DNA from: a virus
Taxonomy: Duplodnaviria; Caudoviricetes
Length of the DNA: 64,000 nt
Strand: one strand, 5' to 3'
IMG/VR virus record: IMGVR_UViG_3300009370_000001
Both the position numbers and the translations under genes were made by a program. Positions 26,365 through 34,961 of this stretch are shown piece after piece. The notes under the pieces were generated by a model. The model was not told the origin of the DNA and did no database searches. It worked only from the letters and a program-made list of their open reading frames with translations. Each line of letters starts with the position of its first letter. Position 1 is the stretch's first letter.

Positions 26365-26670
26365 ATGAAGAGAATCCTAACCAACAGTAAAGTGATCGAG
26401 GCATGGCAGCGCGGAGAACGCGCCGCTAACCATCGTGGCACACTTCAATGTTACAGTGATGGCACGCTGTATAGCTACAACCTGCATATCGGCCAGCGCA
26501 CACCGTCAGGAGTGTGCATTGTGGGCGATTACACGGCTCCTGGCGGGGGGTTCAAGTCAGTGACTACCTCGTGCCATGTCGGACGCGCCAAGCGCGTTCC
26601 TGGGGTCACTGTGATGCACCCGCTTGTGTGGGTCGATTCTCCGTTGAGTAACGAGGAAATCCCATTCTAA
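26365..26670 (+). CDS. Hypothetical protein
   Basis: GAGGAG RBS; YSYNLHIG...SVTTSCHV pattern. Confidence 0.7.
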   Translation: MKRILTNSKVIEAWQRGERAANHRGTLQCYSDGTLYSYNLHIGQRTPSGVCIVGDYTAPGGGFKSVTTSCHVGRAKRVPGVTVMHPLVWVDSPLSNEEIPF

Positions 26671-26683
26671 CCCGAGACAGATT

Positions 26684-26929
26684 ATGGAAGACAACAATAT
26701 CATTAACCTTGTCGAAATCCTTGAGGAGAAGGAAAGACAGAAAGAGAGAGAAGAAGAAATGGAAAAGGCCGAGCTACGCGATCAACTGCAATGGGTGTTG
26801 CAGAAACTCCATGAGAAGAACATCACCTATCGAGCAGAAGACGAAGAAGAAATAGGGTTTGATGCTTATGAGCGAGTTCCTAAACGTAACTGGTTCCAGC
26901 GTTTTCTGGACCGCTTTCGATACGATTGA
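26684..26929 (+). CDS. Hypothetical acidic protein
   Basis: Stop in TTGACA. Confidence 0.65.
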   Translation: MEDNNIINLVEILEEKERQKEREEEMEKAELRDQLQWVLQKLHEKNITYRAEDEEEIGFDAYERVPKRNWFQRFLDRFRYD

Positions 26930-26980
26930 CACACACTTGACAACCTAAACCTTGACAGTCACCCCGAAAAGTGCTATATT
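26926..26980 (+). promoter_or_regulatory. Triple-box early-promoter element
   Basis: TTGACA 26926, TTGACA 26937, TTGACA 26952, 17 nt, TGC-TATATT 26975. Confidence 0.9.
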
Positions 26981-27003
26981 GTATGCATACAACGGAGAGA
27001 ACT

Positions 27004-27195
27004 ATGACCACTTTGCCCCTTGAATCCGCCGCATATGCCTGTGAGGGCGTTATTACCGCTGTCGCAGTCCTGTCGCAAGTGCTGGAAGTCCAGCGCGTTG
27101 CGCCTGAAGACCCGCAGACCCCTGACGCAGTTAATCTGCTGTTGGAAGCCTATGCACTCGCATGCGTTGGTAGCGGCTGCGTAGCGGAGGCTTAG
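27004..27195 (+). CDS. Hypothetical protein
   Basis: GGAG RBS before ATG 27004. Confidence 0.6.
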   Translation: MTTLPLESAAYACEGVITAVAVLSQVLEVQRVAPEDPQTPDAVNLLLEAYALACVGSGCVAEA

Positions 27196-27196
27196 A

Positions 27197-27442
27197 ATGA
27201 CTATTAAAGTTGTACGCGAGAACCGCAACCCCCGAGATCATCAGATCCGAGTGGGTGATCTGATTCGGATCGTTAATCACGATCCAACAATGTCGATCCC
27301 CCTGGCGGCTGTCCCGCACACTCTCGGCCTTGTCACAGAAATGGGAGAACCGGCGACGTGCCCCGACTACGTGATCGCTGTCTTCCCGCACCTGGGCGAG
27401 ACAGTCGTATACGAAGACGAATGGGAAGTGATTAGTGTTTGA
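27197..27442 (+). CDS. xGDLV-family protein
   Basis: IRVGDLIR...LGLVTE...EWEVISV. Confidence 0.7.
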   Translation: MTIKVVRENRNPRDHQIRVGDLIRIVNHDPTMSIPLAAVPHTLGLVTEMGEPATCPDYVIAVFPHLGETVVYEDEWEVISV

Positions 27443-27674
27443 CGTGGGAACCATTGTATCAGTTATTTCGACCGACCAGCCACTTAAAGGGATCGTCGTG
27501 CCGAATGGTTTTGATCCACCCGTGCATATCAACGCGGATCTTAAGACTCCGCCCTATCCGTGGGATGATCTTCCCGGTGTATCAATGGTGCTGATTACAA
27601 GTAGCGGAGAGTATCAAGGAAAAGTGTATCCCTTTCAGAAGCATCAACTGGAGATTATAAGTGACTCAAGTTAA
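27435..27674 (+). CDS. xGDLV-family protein
   Basis: FDVGTIV...KGIVV...LEIISDSS. Confidence 0.65.
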   Translation: MFDVGTIVSVISTDQPLKGIVVPNGFDPPVHINADLKTPPYPWDDLPGVSMVLITSSGEYQGKVYPFQKHQLEIISDSS

Positions 27675-27972
27675 AGTCAGTATCCCGCCCGCGCTGTTCA
27701 CAGCCCCGAGCGGTCAACGCTATGCGGTTGCAGGCTCACAGTGGATTCGTGTGCCCCTGGACACGACTCACGCGACCCTTGACCAGTTTGTGAGCTACTC
27801 GCCGCCAGAAGTCCAGCAGGACGACAATAATGGATCGTGGCAAGTGCAAGGCTCCAAGGGCAACACTTATACTGTGCGCGTTCGCGCCGGTCAGTGGTTC
27901 TGCTCCTGTCCTGGCTATGGCTTTCGGCGCAAGTGCCGACACATCGAGGAGACAAGAAATGCAAATCGGTGA
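27661..27972 (+). CDS. SWIM zinc-finger protein
   Basis: GSKGNTYTV...WFCSCPGY...KCRHI. Confidence 0.8.
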   Translation: MTQVKVSIPPALFTAPSGQRYAVAGSQWIRVPLDTTHATLDQFVSYSPPEVQQDDNNGSWQVQGSKGNTYTVRVRAGQWFCSCPGYGFRRKCRHIEETRNANR

Positions 27973-28168
27973 TTTGATTCGTTTTGTTAATACGGGTTGT
28001 CATGGCGTGGTTCTGTCCGTCCGTCCGTCCCGCCACCACATCGATCCCGACTGGATTTATGTCTTGTGCGGTCCTGATGCTGATGGCCACCGGGCAACAG
28101 GCGAACCTACGGCTTTTCCCAGGGACTACCTCGCAAGAGTGTCGGAGGTTATAAATGCAAGTCGGTGA
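27959..28168 (+). CDS. MKVGDLV-family small protein
   Basis: MQIGDLIR...HGVVLSV...EVINASR. Confidence 0.7.
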   Translation: MQIGDLIRFVNTGCHGVVLSVRPSRHHIDPDWIYVLCGPDADGHRATGEPTAFPRDYLARVSEVINASR

Positions 28169-28343
28169 TCTCGTAGTGTTTAGGGATGACCGGGTGCCTG
28201 GAGTGATTGTAGCAGAAAGGCGCGACGATCCGCTCCCCAAGAAACTCCGTGTGGGTGTATTGTGGATCGATTGTAATGATGTGTCGTGGGAGCCAATCCA
28301 ATACTTGCGAGTGATAAGCGAGACAGATAATGAAAATCGGTGA
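28155..28343 (+). CDS. MKVGDLV-family small protein
   Basis: MQVGDLVV...GVIV...VLW...YLRVISE. Confidence 0.7.
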   Translation: MQVGDLVVFRDDRVPGVIVAERRDDPLPKKLRVGVLWIDCNDVSWEPIQYLRVISETDNENR

Positions 28344-28512
28344 TCTAATAACATTTCAGATTGACTATGATTCAGAGTGTATTGAAGATATAGGGATTGT
28401 CACAGAAATAGAACCGACTCTTGGTTATGCCATAATCGCATGGCCGTGGGGACAGGGGCGACACCGCACATGCGGGTTGCATATATTAAGCGAGAACGGA
28501 GAACAAGAATGA
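28330..28512 (+). CDS. MKVGDLV-family small protein
   Basis: MKIGDLIT...IGIVTEI...IAW...LHILSE. Confidence 0.7.
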   Translation: MKIGDLITFQIDYDSECIEDIGIVTEIEPTLGYAIIAWPWGQGRHRTCGLHILSENGEQE

Positions 28513-28610
28513 ATATGAGAAAAGCATATATTATGATCGCAGTGGATATTGCGCTGTGGATCATTATGTTGGGCTTAACGTGGCATTATGTAACATGCCC
28601 GTTGACGTAA
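28509..28610 (+). CDS. 33-aa single-TM peptide
   Basis: MNMRKAYIMIAVDIALWIIMLGLTWHYVTCPLT; ATGA coupling. Confidence 0.45.
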   Translation: MNMRKAYIMIAVDIALWIIMLGLTWHYVTCPLT

Positions 28611-28624
28611 AAGAGGGAAGAGGA

Positions 28625-28921
28625 ATGTATAAAAGAATCGAATGTAAAGACGGCTTCAGTATGAGCGTTCAAGCAGGACAGGGACACTATTGTGATCCCC
28701 GTGACGATACTGGCCCATATAATAGTGTTGAGTGTGGATTCCCAAGCGAATACGAAGAGTTGATCATAGCCTACGCAGAGTCAAGGCACGAACCGACTAA
28801 AAGTGTATACGGTTGGGTGCCTGTCGGTGTCGTGACTAATGTAATCGCCAAGCATGGCGGCCTCGTCGGCGGAACAGTGCCTAATGGCGTAGCACCACTA
28901 AAAGGGGGCGAGAGTGATTAA
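28625..28921 (+). CDS. Conserved phage hypothetical protein
   Basis: IECKDGFSMSVQA...YCDPR...YNSVECGFPS motif; GAGGGAAGAGG RBS. Confidence 0.7.
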   Translation: MYKRIECKDGFSMSVQAGQGHYCDPRDDTGPYNSVECGFPSEYEELIIAYAESRHEPTKSVYGWVPVGVVTNVIAKHGGLVGGTVPNGVAPLKGGESD

Positions 28922-28994
28922 AAATATACTATTAGTATTAGGTATCATCATAGTATGGGAACACAGGTATGGTATCATTAAGTTAATAGAAGGT

Positions 28995-29720
28995 ATTTGA
29001 TGTTTCTGTTTGTCTTTGCTAATGTGGTTATACTTGTATCAATGTGGTACGTAGTGGATCAAAGTGGAGCGTGGTGGTAGTGTGGATGTATGTGATATGG
29101 ATATTTCTATTCTAAATGTATATTTATTTGTGTTGGTTTGCGGTGGTATGTGGTTTAATACTTTATACCCTGCCCGGATCGCGCTGTCAACGGGTGCGTT
29201 TTGATACGCCCACGCCGTCGCATTAAACCGCATGCCGTATACATTCTTATACGGTGCGCCGGGATTGATGGCCGAGAGAAGAAAACATAATGATTAAACG
29301 TATCAAGAAAGCAGCGTGCCTATCCCACAGAGTGCTGGGGTATAGTATCTTACTCGCCGCCATATATGCGACAGCGTTGGGTTACATGTATAGTAACGCC
29401 AAGCATGACAAGAAACATTAACCTTTAATATGTGTACGGTCAGCTCACGAACATTAACCTTAGCCGACCTGAGCCAAGCGAGCGCAGCGAGCGATTAATG
29501 GCCGAGAGTAACAAAAATATATATATAAAACATATATAACAGACAAAGCTTTTACGCGACAGCAGTACCCCCCACCCCCCTCCTACCCGGAATCTATGTC
29601 ACACTATAGGAATAGATGTATCAGCCGGGCTAGATCCCTTTTCGATATCGCTAAGAAAAAATCAGAATATTGAGTTTGTTAAAAATGCGCCGGTAAAAAT
29701 TTCCCAAACCTACCTACTAC
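28995..29720. other. Long non-coding, compositionally skewed region (candidate origin, terminus or regulatory boundary)
   Basis: No credible ORF; G/T-rich tract then A/C-rich tract; direct repeats GATT(G/A)ATGGCCGAGAG (29263, 29493) and AACATTAACCTT (29414, 29450); hairpin CCGTATA/TATACGG 29235-29254. Confidence 0.55.
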
Positions 29721-29723
29721 AGG

Positions 29724-29966
29724 ATGGAGACTAAAGAAAAGCGCTTTCGATGCCGCATGATGGCCGCAGACTCAAAGTGTCCAAAGTGTGGTTTCCGAGT
29801 ACATTGGAGTTGCAACGGAACCAAAGGCTATGCCTACTGCGGACATTCACCCACCGCCACACGTATGTGGATCCCAGGTTCCCCCATAACGTTTTGTGAG
29901 TGGGAAGGCAAGTGTAAGCGCAGACCAGACGGAAGAGTAGAAATATTTTATTTAGAAGAGATATAG
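29724..29966 (+). CDS. Cys-rich (Zn-binding) hypothetical protein
   Basis: CPKC...C...C.H...C...C. Confidence 0.6.
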   Translation: METKEKRFRCRMMAADSKCPKCGFRVHWSCNGTKGYAYCGHSPTATRMWIPGSPITFCEWEGKCKRRPDGRVEIFYLEEI

Positions 29967-29967
29967 C

Positions 29968-30213
29968 ATGCCATTCGACAAGCTATATCTCAAAGTCAAG
30001 TGCAATGTGTGCGACGGTACGCGCCTTCACAACCACGGACACCATGACCCACATGAGCCGTACAAGTGGAAGAGGTGCCCATATTGCGATCCTAACGGGC
30101 ACGTCGTCATTGAGGCAACCCCAGACCTTATTGCCGACTACATCGCCGGCACAGACGATTTAACGCGCCAACGATTGTGGGAGAAACTAGTCGAGATTCA
30201 AGAAAAGAAATAG
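29968..30213 (+). CDS. Zn-finger hypothetical protein
   Basis: CNVCDG...CPYCD. Confidence 0.65.
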   Translation: MPFDKLYLKVKCNVCDGTRLHNHGHHDPHEPYKWKRCPYCDPNGHVVIEATPDLIADYIAGTDDLTRQRLWEKLVEIQEKK

Positions 30214-30221
30214 TTATAGGC

Positions 30222-30461
30222 ATGAGGGCCCGCTATAAGAAGCAGCAATTCGTTGTTGGAGACTTAGTATACTACCGAGGATTCGAGATATTCGAACGCC
30301 ACCCACCCGACAATTACGTTGGCATTGTGGTAGGAGAGCCTTCAGATGCATATGCTTCCGGAACATATTATGTATTTTGGTTTAAATCAGGCTTGACAAC
30401 AAGGATGCATTGTGATAATATGACATTAGTATATGAAACAGAGCGCGCACCAAAAGAGTGA
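30222..30461 (+). CDS. xGDLV-family protein
   Basis: FVVGDLVY...VGIVV...YYVFW. Confidence 0.6.
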   Translation: MRARYKKQQFVVGDLVYYRGFEIFERHPPDNYVGIVVGEPSDAYASGTYYVFWFKSGLTTRMHCDNMTLVYETERAPKE

Positions 30462-30651
30462 TTTAGTCAGATGGTATGACTACTATGAAGATAGAATTGT
30501 GCGAGATGCAGGACTGGGCGTCGTTGTACAAGATCGTGGACATGGCGGTATGTACTTGGTGTATAGATTTAAACACGGTAATACGATGTGGTACGACTCA
30601 TATGACCTGGCCCCTATAGAGGAAATAAATGCTCCAGTTCCCGAAAGGTAA
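30433..30651 (+). CDS. xGDLV-like protein
   Basis: KSDLVRW...LGVVV...YLVY. Confidence 0.6.
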   Translation: MKQSAHQKSDLVRWYDYYEDRIVRDAGLGVVVQDRGHGGMYLVYRFKHGNTMWYDSYDLAPIEEINAPVPER

Positions 30652-30664
30652 ACTATTTATGAAT

Positions 30665-30946
30665 ATGGCTGATGAACAAACTTTACCGCTTCGCAATCTT
30701 CGTTATCTTATCCGAGAAGCTTTGACAAAAACTGATAAAGCTGAAATTAAGAGTATTGTTCGCAAGGAACTTGAGAGCGAACTTAAAGCTAAGCTTTCCA
30801 AAGCTGTTGAGGATGAAGTTGCAAAAGCGCTTAAGGACAAGTCGACGAAAGAAGAGATTGGCGAGATCGCCAAGAAGGTCCTTAAAAAGCTTTACAAGGA
30901 CCTCTCCATGCATCACCCATACATTATCGACCGAATCAAGGTGTAA
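30665..30946 (+). CDS. Helical hypothetical protein (LRYLIRE motif), possible virion protein
   Basis: ACTATTTA motif directly upstream. Confidence 0.65.
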   Translation: MADEQTLPLRNLRYLIREALTKTDKAEIKSIVRKELESELKAKLSKAVEDEVAKALKDKSTKEEIGEIAKKVLKKLYKDLSMHHPYIIDRIKV

Positions 30947-30947
30947 T

Positions 30948-31151
30948 TTGAAAGATATTTTTACTGTATTGAACCAATTTGCGTATGCAGGGTCTTTTAT
31001 CAAGGATCTCACTCATCAAAAGAGATCGCTTGGTTATGTGCTTGAGGTCAATAAAGAAACCAACATGATGCGAGTGCGGTTTCCTAAGATCGGTCGAGAT
31101 GCTTGGATAGTGTGGGGAAATCACGGCCATTATAGAGTTATTGGTAAATAA
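30948..31151 (+). CDS. Hypothetical protein
   Basis: TTG start after the previous stop. Confidence 0.5.
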   Translation: MKDIFTVLNQFAYAGSFIKDLTHQKRSLGYVLEVNKETNMMRVRFPKIGRDAWIVWGNHGHYRVIGK

Positions 31152-31196
31152 CGAACTATTTATCACCTAAGAGCCAAAAAACAAAGGATTTTTGCA

Positions 31197-31436
31197 ATGA
31201 AACTAATTTACTGGAGTGCGACGGCGATTGCGCTTGGTGCTGTTGCTCCGCAACCTCACTATTTTCAAAGTAACGTTATAGAGCGCGATCATGTGGAGGT
31301 GGTTTATTTACCAAACAACACATGTCATATTACGGGACCTTTGATTACACCTGCTGCAAATTATAAGGATTATGTGAGAGCATGCCTTAATAATCAACAT
31401 TTAAGAAAAAAGATCAACACTTACCTCCCTAATTAA
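31197..31436 (+). CDS. Secreted hypothetical protein
   Basis: Signal-peptide-like N-terminus. Confidence 0.55.
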   Translation: MKLIYWSATAIALGAVAPQPHYFQSNVIERDHVEVVYLPNNTCHITGPLITPAANYKDYVRACLNNQHLRKKINTYLPN

Positions 31437-31442
31437 GGGAGA

Positions 31443-31685
31443 ATGGAATTAACTTTAACTGTCGGTGATATCGTCATCGATAAAATAAGTGGTGAGATTG
31501 GTTTATTGGTAGAACGCTATTTGCTTACTAATAAGGGCCCGGATGATCCTATCGCCTTGTGGGCATGGGATGTGTACTGGGTAGGTGCGAAAATTATACC
31601 TGAAAAAAGATTAACTCCGTGGACTGAGTATGGGCTAACCAATATAATTAAAGCTGGTACTTTTATGCATTATCGGAATATTTAA
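31443..31685 (+). CDS. xGDLV-family protein
   Basis: LTVGDIVI...IGLLV...WDVYW. Confidence 0.65.
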   Translation: MELTLTVGDIVIDKISGEIGLLVERYLLTNKGPDDPIALWAWDVYWVGAKIIPEKRLTPWTEYGLTNIIKAGTFMHYRNI

Positions 31686-31687
31686 TG

Positions 31688-31716
31688 TTGCATTGATGAC
31701 CAATAAGTGTTATATT
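31688..31716 (+). promoter_or_regulatory. sigma70-type promoter
   Basis: TTGCAT-17 nt-TATATT with TG extension. Confidence 0.55.
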
Positions 31717-31742
31717 ATTAATATTCAATCATAGGAGATATA

Positions 31743-32195
31743 ATGAATTGGAATGTTTACAAGGTGTTTAAAAACGGCAAACGTGCTAAAGCACCGATAA
31801 TAACCTTTAAACATGCGGGCAAGAAAGAAGAAGTAACTCAATATTTTAATGCAAATATTAAGAAAAATTTTAACGAAAAAAATCGCGGATTAGAGTTTGT
31901 GGTTCTTCGAGAGGATGAATGCCAAGATCGTGCCGAAGAAAAAACCCACCAACAAGAAGAGGTCGCGCTTAAAAAACAAACCATTGTCCTGGCGCGCCTC
32001 TTAAAAGAGTCCGGCGTCAAATCAAAGCATAGGATGGTTGGCGGCCTTATTTTTGCGTCTGCCACAAACTGGAAGTGGCAATGGTGTGCACTGGAAGCCG
32101 GCTCAAATAATTATATCGAGGGACTTTCTCCTCGATTCGATAACCCCACGGAAGCGCATCGATGGATGAACCAACAAGTCCAAACTTTAACATAG
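31743..32195 (+). CDS. Hypothetical protein
   Basis: AGGAG RBS. Confidence 0.7.
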   Translation: MNWNVYKVFKNGKRAKAPIITFKHAGKKEEVTQYFNANIKKNFNEKNRGLEFVVLREDECQDRAEEKTHQQEEVALKKQTIVLARLLKESGVKSKHRMVGGLIFASATNWKWQWCALEAGSNNYIEGLSPRFDNPTEAHRWMNQQVQTLT

Positions 32196-32398
32196 AGTGG
32201 CGGATTAAGATTGGGGATATCGTAAAAATAATGCGTTATGATTATGACGCTTATAGTGTTCCGGTTTATGGAGTTGTAGTTAGTAGAGAGGAAACAAATC
32301 AAATCTATATGTTTCCGGCCGTCGAGGTCTTTTTATTTGAATCCCAGCAAATTGAGATGTTCCCTGCCGGCACAGTGGAAGTAATCTCTAGTGCTTAA
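32162..32398 (+). CDS. xGDLV-family protein
   Basis: IKIGDIVK...YGVVV...VEVISSA. Confidence 0.6.
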   Translation: MDEPTSPNFNIEWRIKIGDIVKIMRYDYDAYSVPVYGVVVSREETNQIYMFPAVEVFLFESQQIEMFPAGTVEVISSA

Positions 32399-32579
32399 AA
32401 CAAACTTTAACATTCTTTCTTATGGCGCCATTTTTTTAAATTTAGGAATCTTGTTTGTAGCATGGCACACAAATGAGGTACAATTACAGTTTTTAGCAAT
32501 TTTCAACATGATTATGCTCACAATTGGTCTTTTATTAAGATCACCGGAGAAAAAAGACAAGCAATAACATAGTTATTGT

Positions 32580-34187
32580 ATGAAGAATTTAAAAAAAATT
32601 GCCATTTTGTGTGCTAGCCTACTAATAAGCTGCAGCGATTATGAGTTAAATCCAAAAGTAGAAGAAATTCCTATTATTGAATCGCCCAATATTGAGGTGA
32701 CACCTTCTTCTCTTAATTTTGGACACTTAGATGCCGGCGTGGGCGAGTCCAAAGCCCAAGTCATTACAATTACCAACGTGGGGAACAAAGATCTTAACTT
32801 ATCCCATGTTGGCTTAGATGCCGCTGACTTAGTGTATACAATTACACTCCCCCATTTAACGACGCTAGAGCCCGATCAAGCGACTCGTGTGACAGTTACT
32901 TATATACCGCGCACGTATGAGACGAATTCCAATAGTGTTCTCATTAATTCTAATGACCCTGACGAAGCAGTGGTGAAAGTACCCCTAAGAGGTGAAAGCT
33001 CGGCGCCGGTTATTGAAATCGATCCGACTTATTATGATTTCGGCACAACCTATATTGGATGCGAAGCTAAAACTGTAGTCGGCATTACCAACGTTGGTGA
33101 TTCTGATTTAGTGATCACTGACATCCAATATTTTGTTTCTTACCCTCCGGAACTTTCCATTGAAATCGACACCGCCGCCATGGGTCCCTTTCCATGGACA
33201 TTAGAACCCAACGAGAGGCAGCTTGTTACTATCTATCATGAACCATGGGACATCCAGGAAGATTCTGGCTTTGTCGAAGTACACTCCAGCGACCCGGCTA
33301 CGCCTATAGCTCAAGCCGATCAAGAAGCTATGGGGGATTATTATGCCTGGGCCTCTGACTTTTACGAACAAGAAGAAGTAGCGAATGCCGATATCTTGTT
33401 TATAATTGATAATTCGTGTTCAATGCACAGCCATCAAACCAATCTTAGTAACAACTTTTCTTCTTTTATAAGTGTCTTTGCTAATTCTGGTGTAGATTAT
33501 CAAATCGCCTTCATTACGACCGATAATGAAAATTTTGTTAATGGAAAGATAATACGCAGTACAGATGCCGATCCCATCGGAGATGTTACGGATATTATCA
33601 GCCAAATTAGCATTACGGGCCATGGTCTTGAGCGAGGATTATGGGAAAGCTATGAAGCCACGCAGGCTGGTGCAGACGCAGGTCCTGGAAGTACCTTTCT
33701 TCGAAATGACTCTCGACTTGTGATGGTTTACCTCTCGGATGAGCGCGACGGTTCCACCACATATTCGTCGATGACACCTACTGATTATGCCAACCATCTC
33801 CTGACACTGAAACCTTTATCCGATCAATTATCAATTAACGCAGTTGCTGGCGATCATCCGAATGGCTGCAGCCCTCCATACGCCCAGCATGGCGCCGGCT
33901 ATTATGAAGTCGTCCAACAACTGGGAGGAACGTTTATGTCTATTTGTGCTACTGACTATGGATTACAGATGGATACCTTGGCGCGAGATTCAATTTTATT
34001 AAGCGCGTTTGAGCTTTCAGATATTCCCATTGAAGAAAGCATTATTGTAACAGTAGATGGCTACCAGTCGACCAACTGGACCTACAATTCCACCGAGAAT
34101 GCCATTTATTTTGACGCGTCGGCTATTCCTCCTACAGATGCAGAGATTTATATAGATTATGCGGTTTTAGCCGAATGCCCCCAATAA
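32580..34187 (+). CDS. Lipoprotein with two Ig-like (choice-of-anchor D / ASH-type) domains and a vWA domain
   Basis: Lipobox LLISC; LNFG...ITITNVGNKDL and YDFG...ITNVGDSDL repeats; ILFIIDNSCSM (DxSxS); YLSDE. Confidence 0.85.
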   Translation: MKNLKKIAILCASLLISCSDYELNPKVEEIPIIESPNIEVTPSSLNFGHLDAGVGESKAQVITITNVGNKDLNLSHVGLDAADLVYTITLPHLTTLEPDQATRVTVTYIPRTYETNSNSVLINSNDPDEAVVKVPLRGESSAPVIEIDPTYYDFGTTYIGCEAKTVVGITNVGDSDLVITDIQYFVSYPPELSIEIDTAAMGPFPWTLEPNERQLVTIYHEPWDIQEDSGFVEVHSSDPATPIAQADQEAMGDYYAWASDFYEQEEVANADILFIIDNSCSMHSHQTNLSNNFSSFISVFANSGVDYQIAFITTDNENFVNGKIIRSTDADPIGDVTDIISQISITGHGLERGLWESYEATQAGADAGPGSTFLRNDSRLVMVYLSDERDGSTTYSSMTPTDYANHLLTLKPLSDQLSINAVAGDHPNGCSPPYAQHGAGYYEVVQQLGGTFMSICATDYGLQMDTLARDSILLSAFELSDIPIEESIIVTVDGYQSTNWTYNSTENAIYFDASAIPPTDAEIYIDYAVLAECPQ

Positions 34188-34232
34188 CCCACTAGTTAAT
34201 GTGTTAGAGAACACTGAAAAGGAGACACATTA

Positions 34233-34961
34233 ATGAAATTTTTAAGTATAGTACTCGGCGCGCTGTTAGTAAGTCCCACTCACGCCACCGAAATCATTAA
34301 AACCCACGATACTGACACCCGGACAATTGAGATAAGTTCGCAGATGTCTGACACTGAAATGGCCGTGCGGGGTGCCGCAGTGCGAGTAACGAGATTTGGA
34401 GAAGGCGGCCATGGCTCGGGTTCCCTGGTGCAGTATAAGGACGTCCAACTTGTTTTGACAGCCCAGCATGTAGCTGACGCCATTATTGGTACACCTTATC
34501 GTATTACCCATGATGGTGAAATACGCGAAGGTATTTTAATATATTCAAATGAGGCACACGATATTGCAGTTTTATGGGTACAAGTGCCATGGCCACGTGG
34601 ACACGCACTAAAGTGGGATCCCACCACAGAAGTTGCTGAGGTGGGATCAAAAATAACTTATTCGGGCTTTCCCGGGCCACATAGTTTGATGACTTATCGT
34701 GGCCGTGTTGCGGGTTATGAGTTAATGCCTGATGGCTCTACTAACATTTTACTCCACACTTATGGATATTTTGGATGTTCAGGCGCCGTAATTTACAACG
34801 CAGACAAAGAAATTGTAGGAATCCTATGGGGAATCGATAGAGGGCGTATTGCCCCTATAGAAGATATGATATGGGTATCTCCGATACAGAATTTAAATAT
34901 TGATTTATCATTGCGAGGATTGTGTCAGACATTACGTAATGAACCACGCGCATGCCGATGA
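34233..34961 (+). CDS. Secreted trypsin-like serine protease
   Basis: Signal peptide; VLTAQHVA, HDIAVL, YFGCSGAVIY. Confidence 0.85.
   Translation: MKFLSIVLGALLVSPTHATEIIKTHDTDTRTIEISSQMSDTEMAVRGAAVRVTRFGEGGHGSGSLVQYKDVQLVLTAQHVADAIIGTPYRITHDGEIREGILIYSNEAHDIAVLWVQVPWPRGHALKWDPTTEVAEVGSKITYSGFPGPHSLMTYRGRVAGYELMPDGSTNILLHTYGYFGCSGAVIYNADKEIVGILWGIDRGRIAPIEDMIWVSPIQNLNIDLSLRGLCQTLRNEPRACR

Noticed and set aside
11886-26980. CRISPR array interpretation of the repeated TTGACA elements or the MKVGDLV junctions
   Set aside because: The repeats are degenerate, irregularly spaced and separated by whole genes rather than 30-40 nt spacers; no cas genes are present.
11921-26980. Track start codons located inside promoter elements (11921, 13304, 15451, 20747, 21699, 25523, 26971)
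   Set aside because: These starts lie within or upstream of the -10 box; downstream RBS-preceded or coupled starts were used instead.
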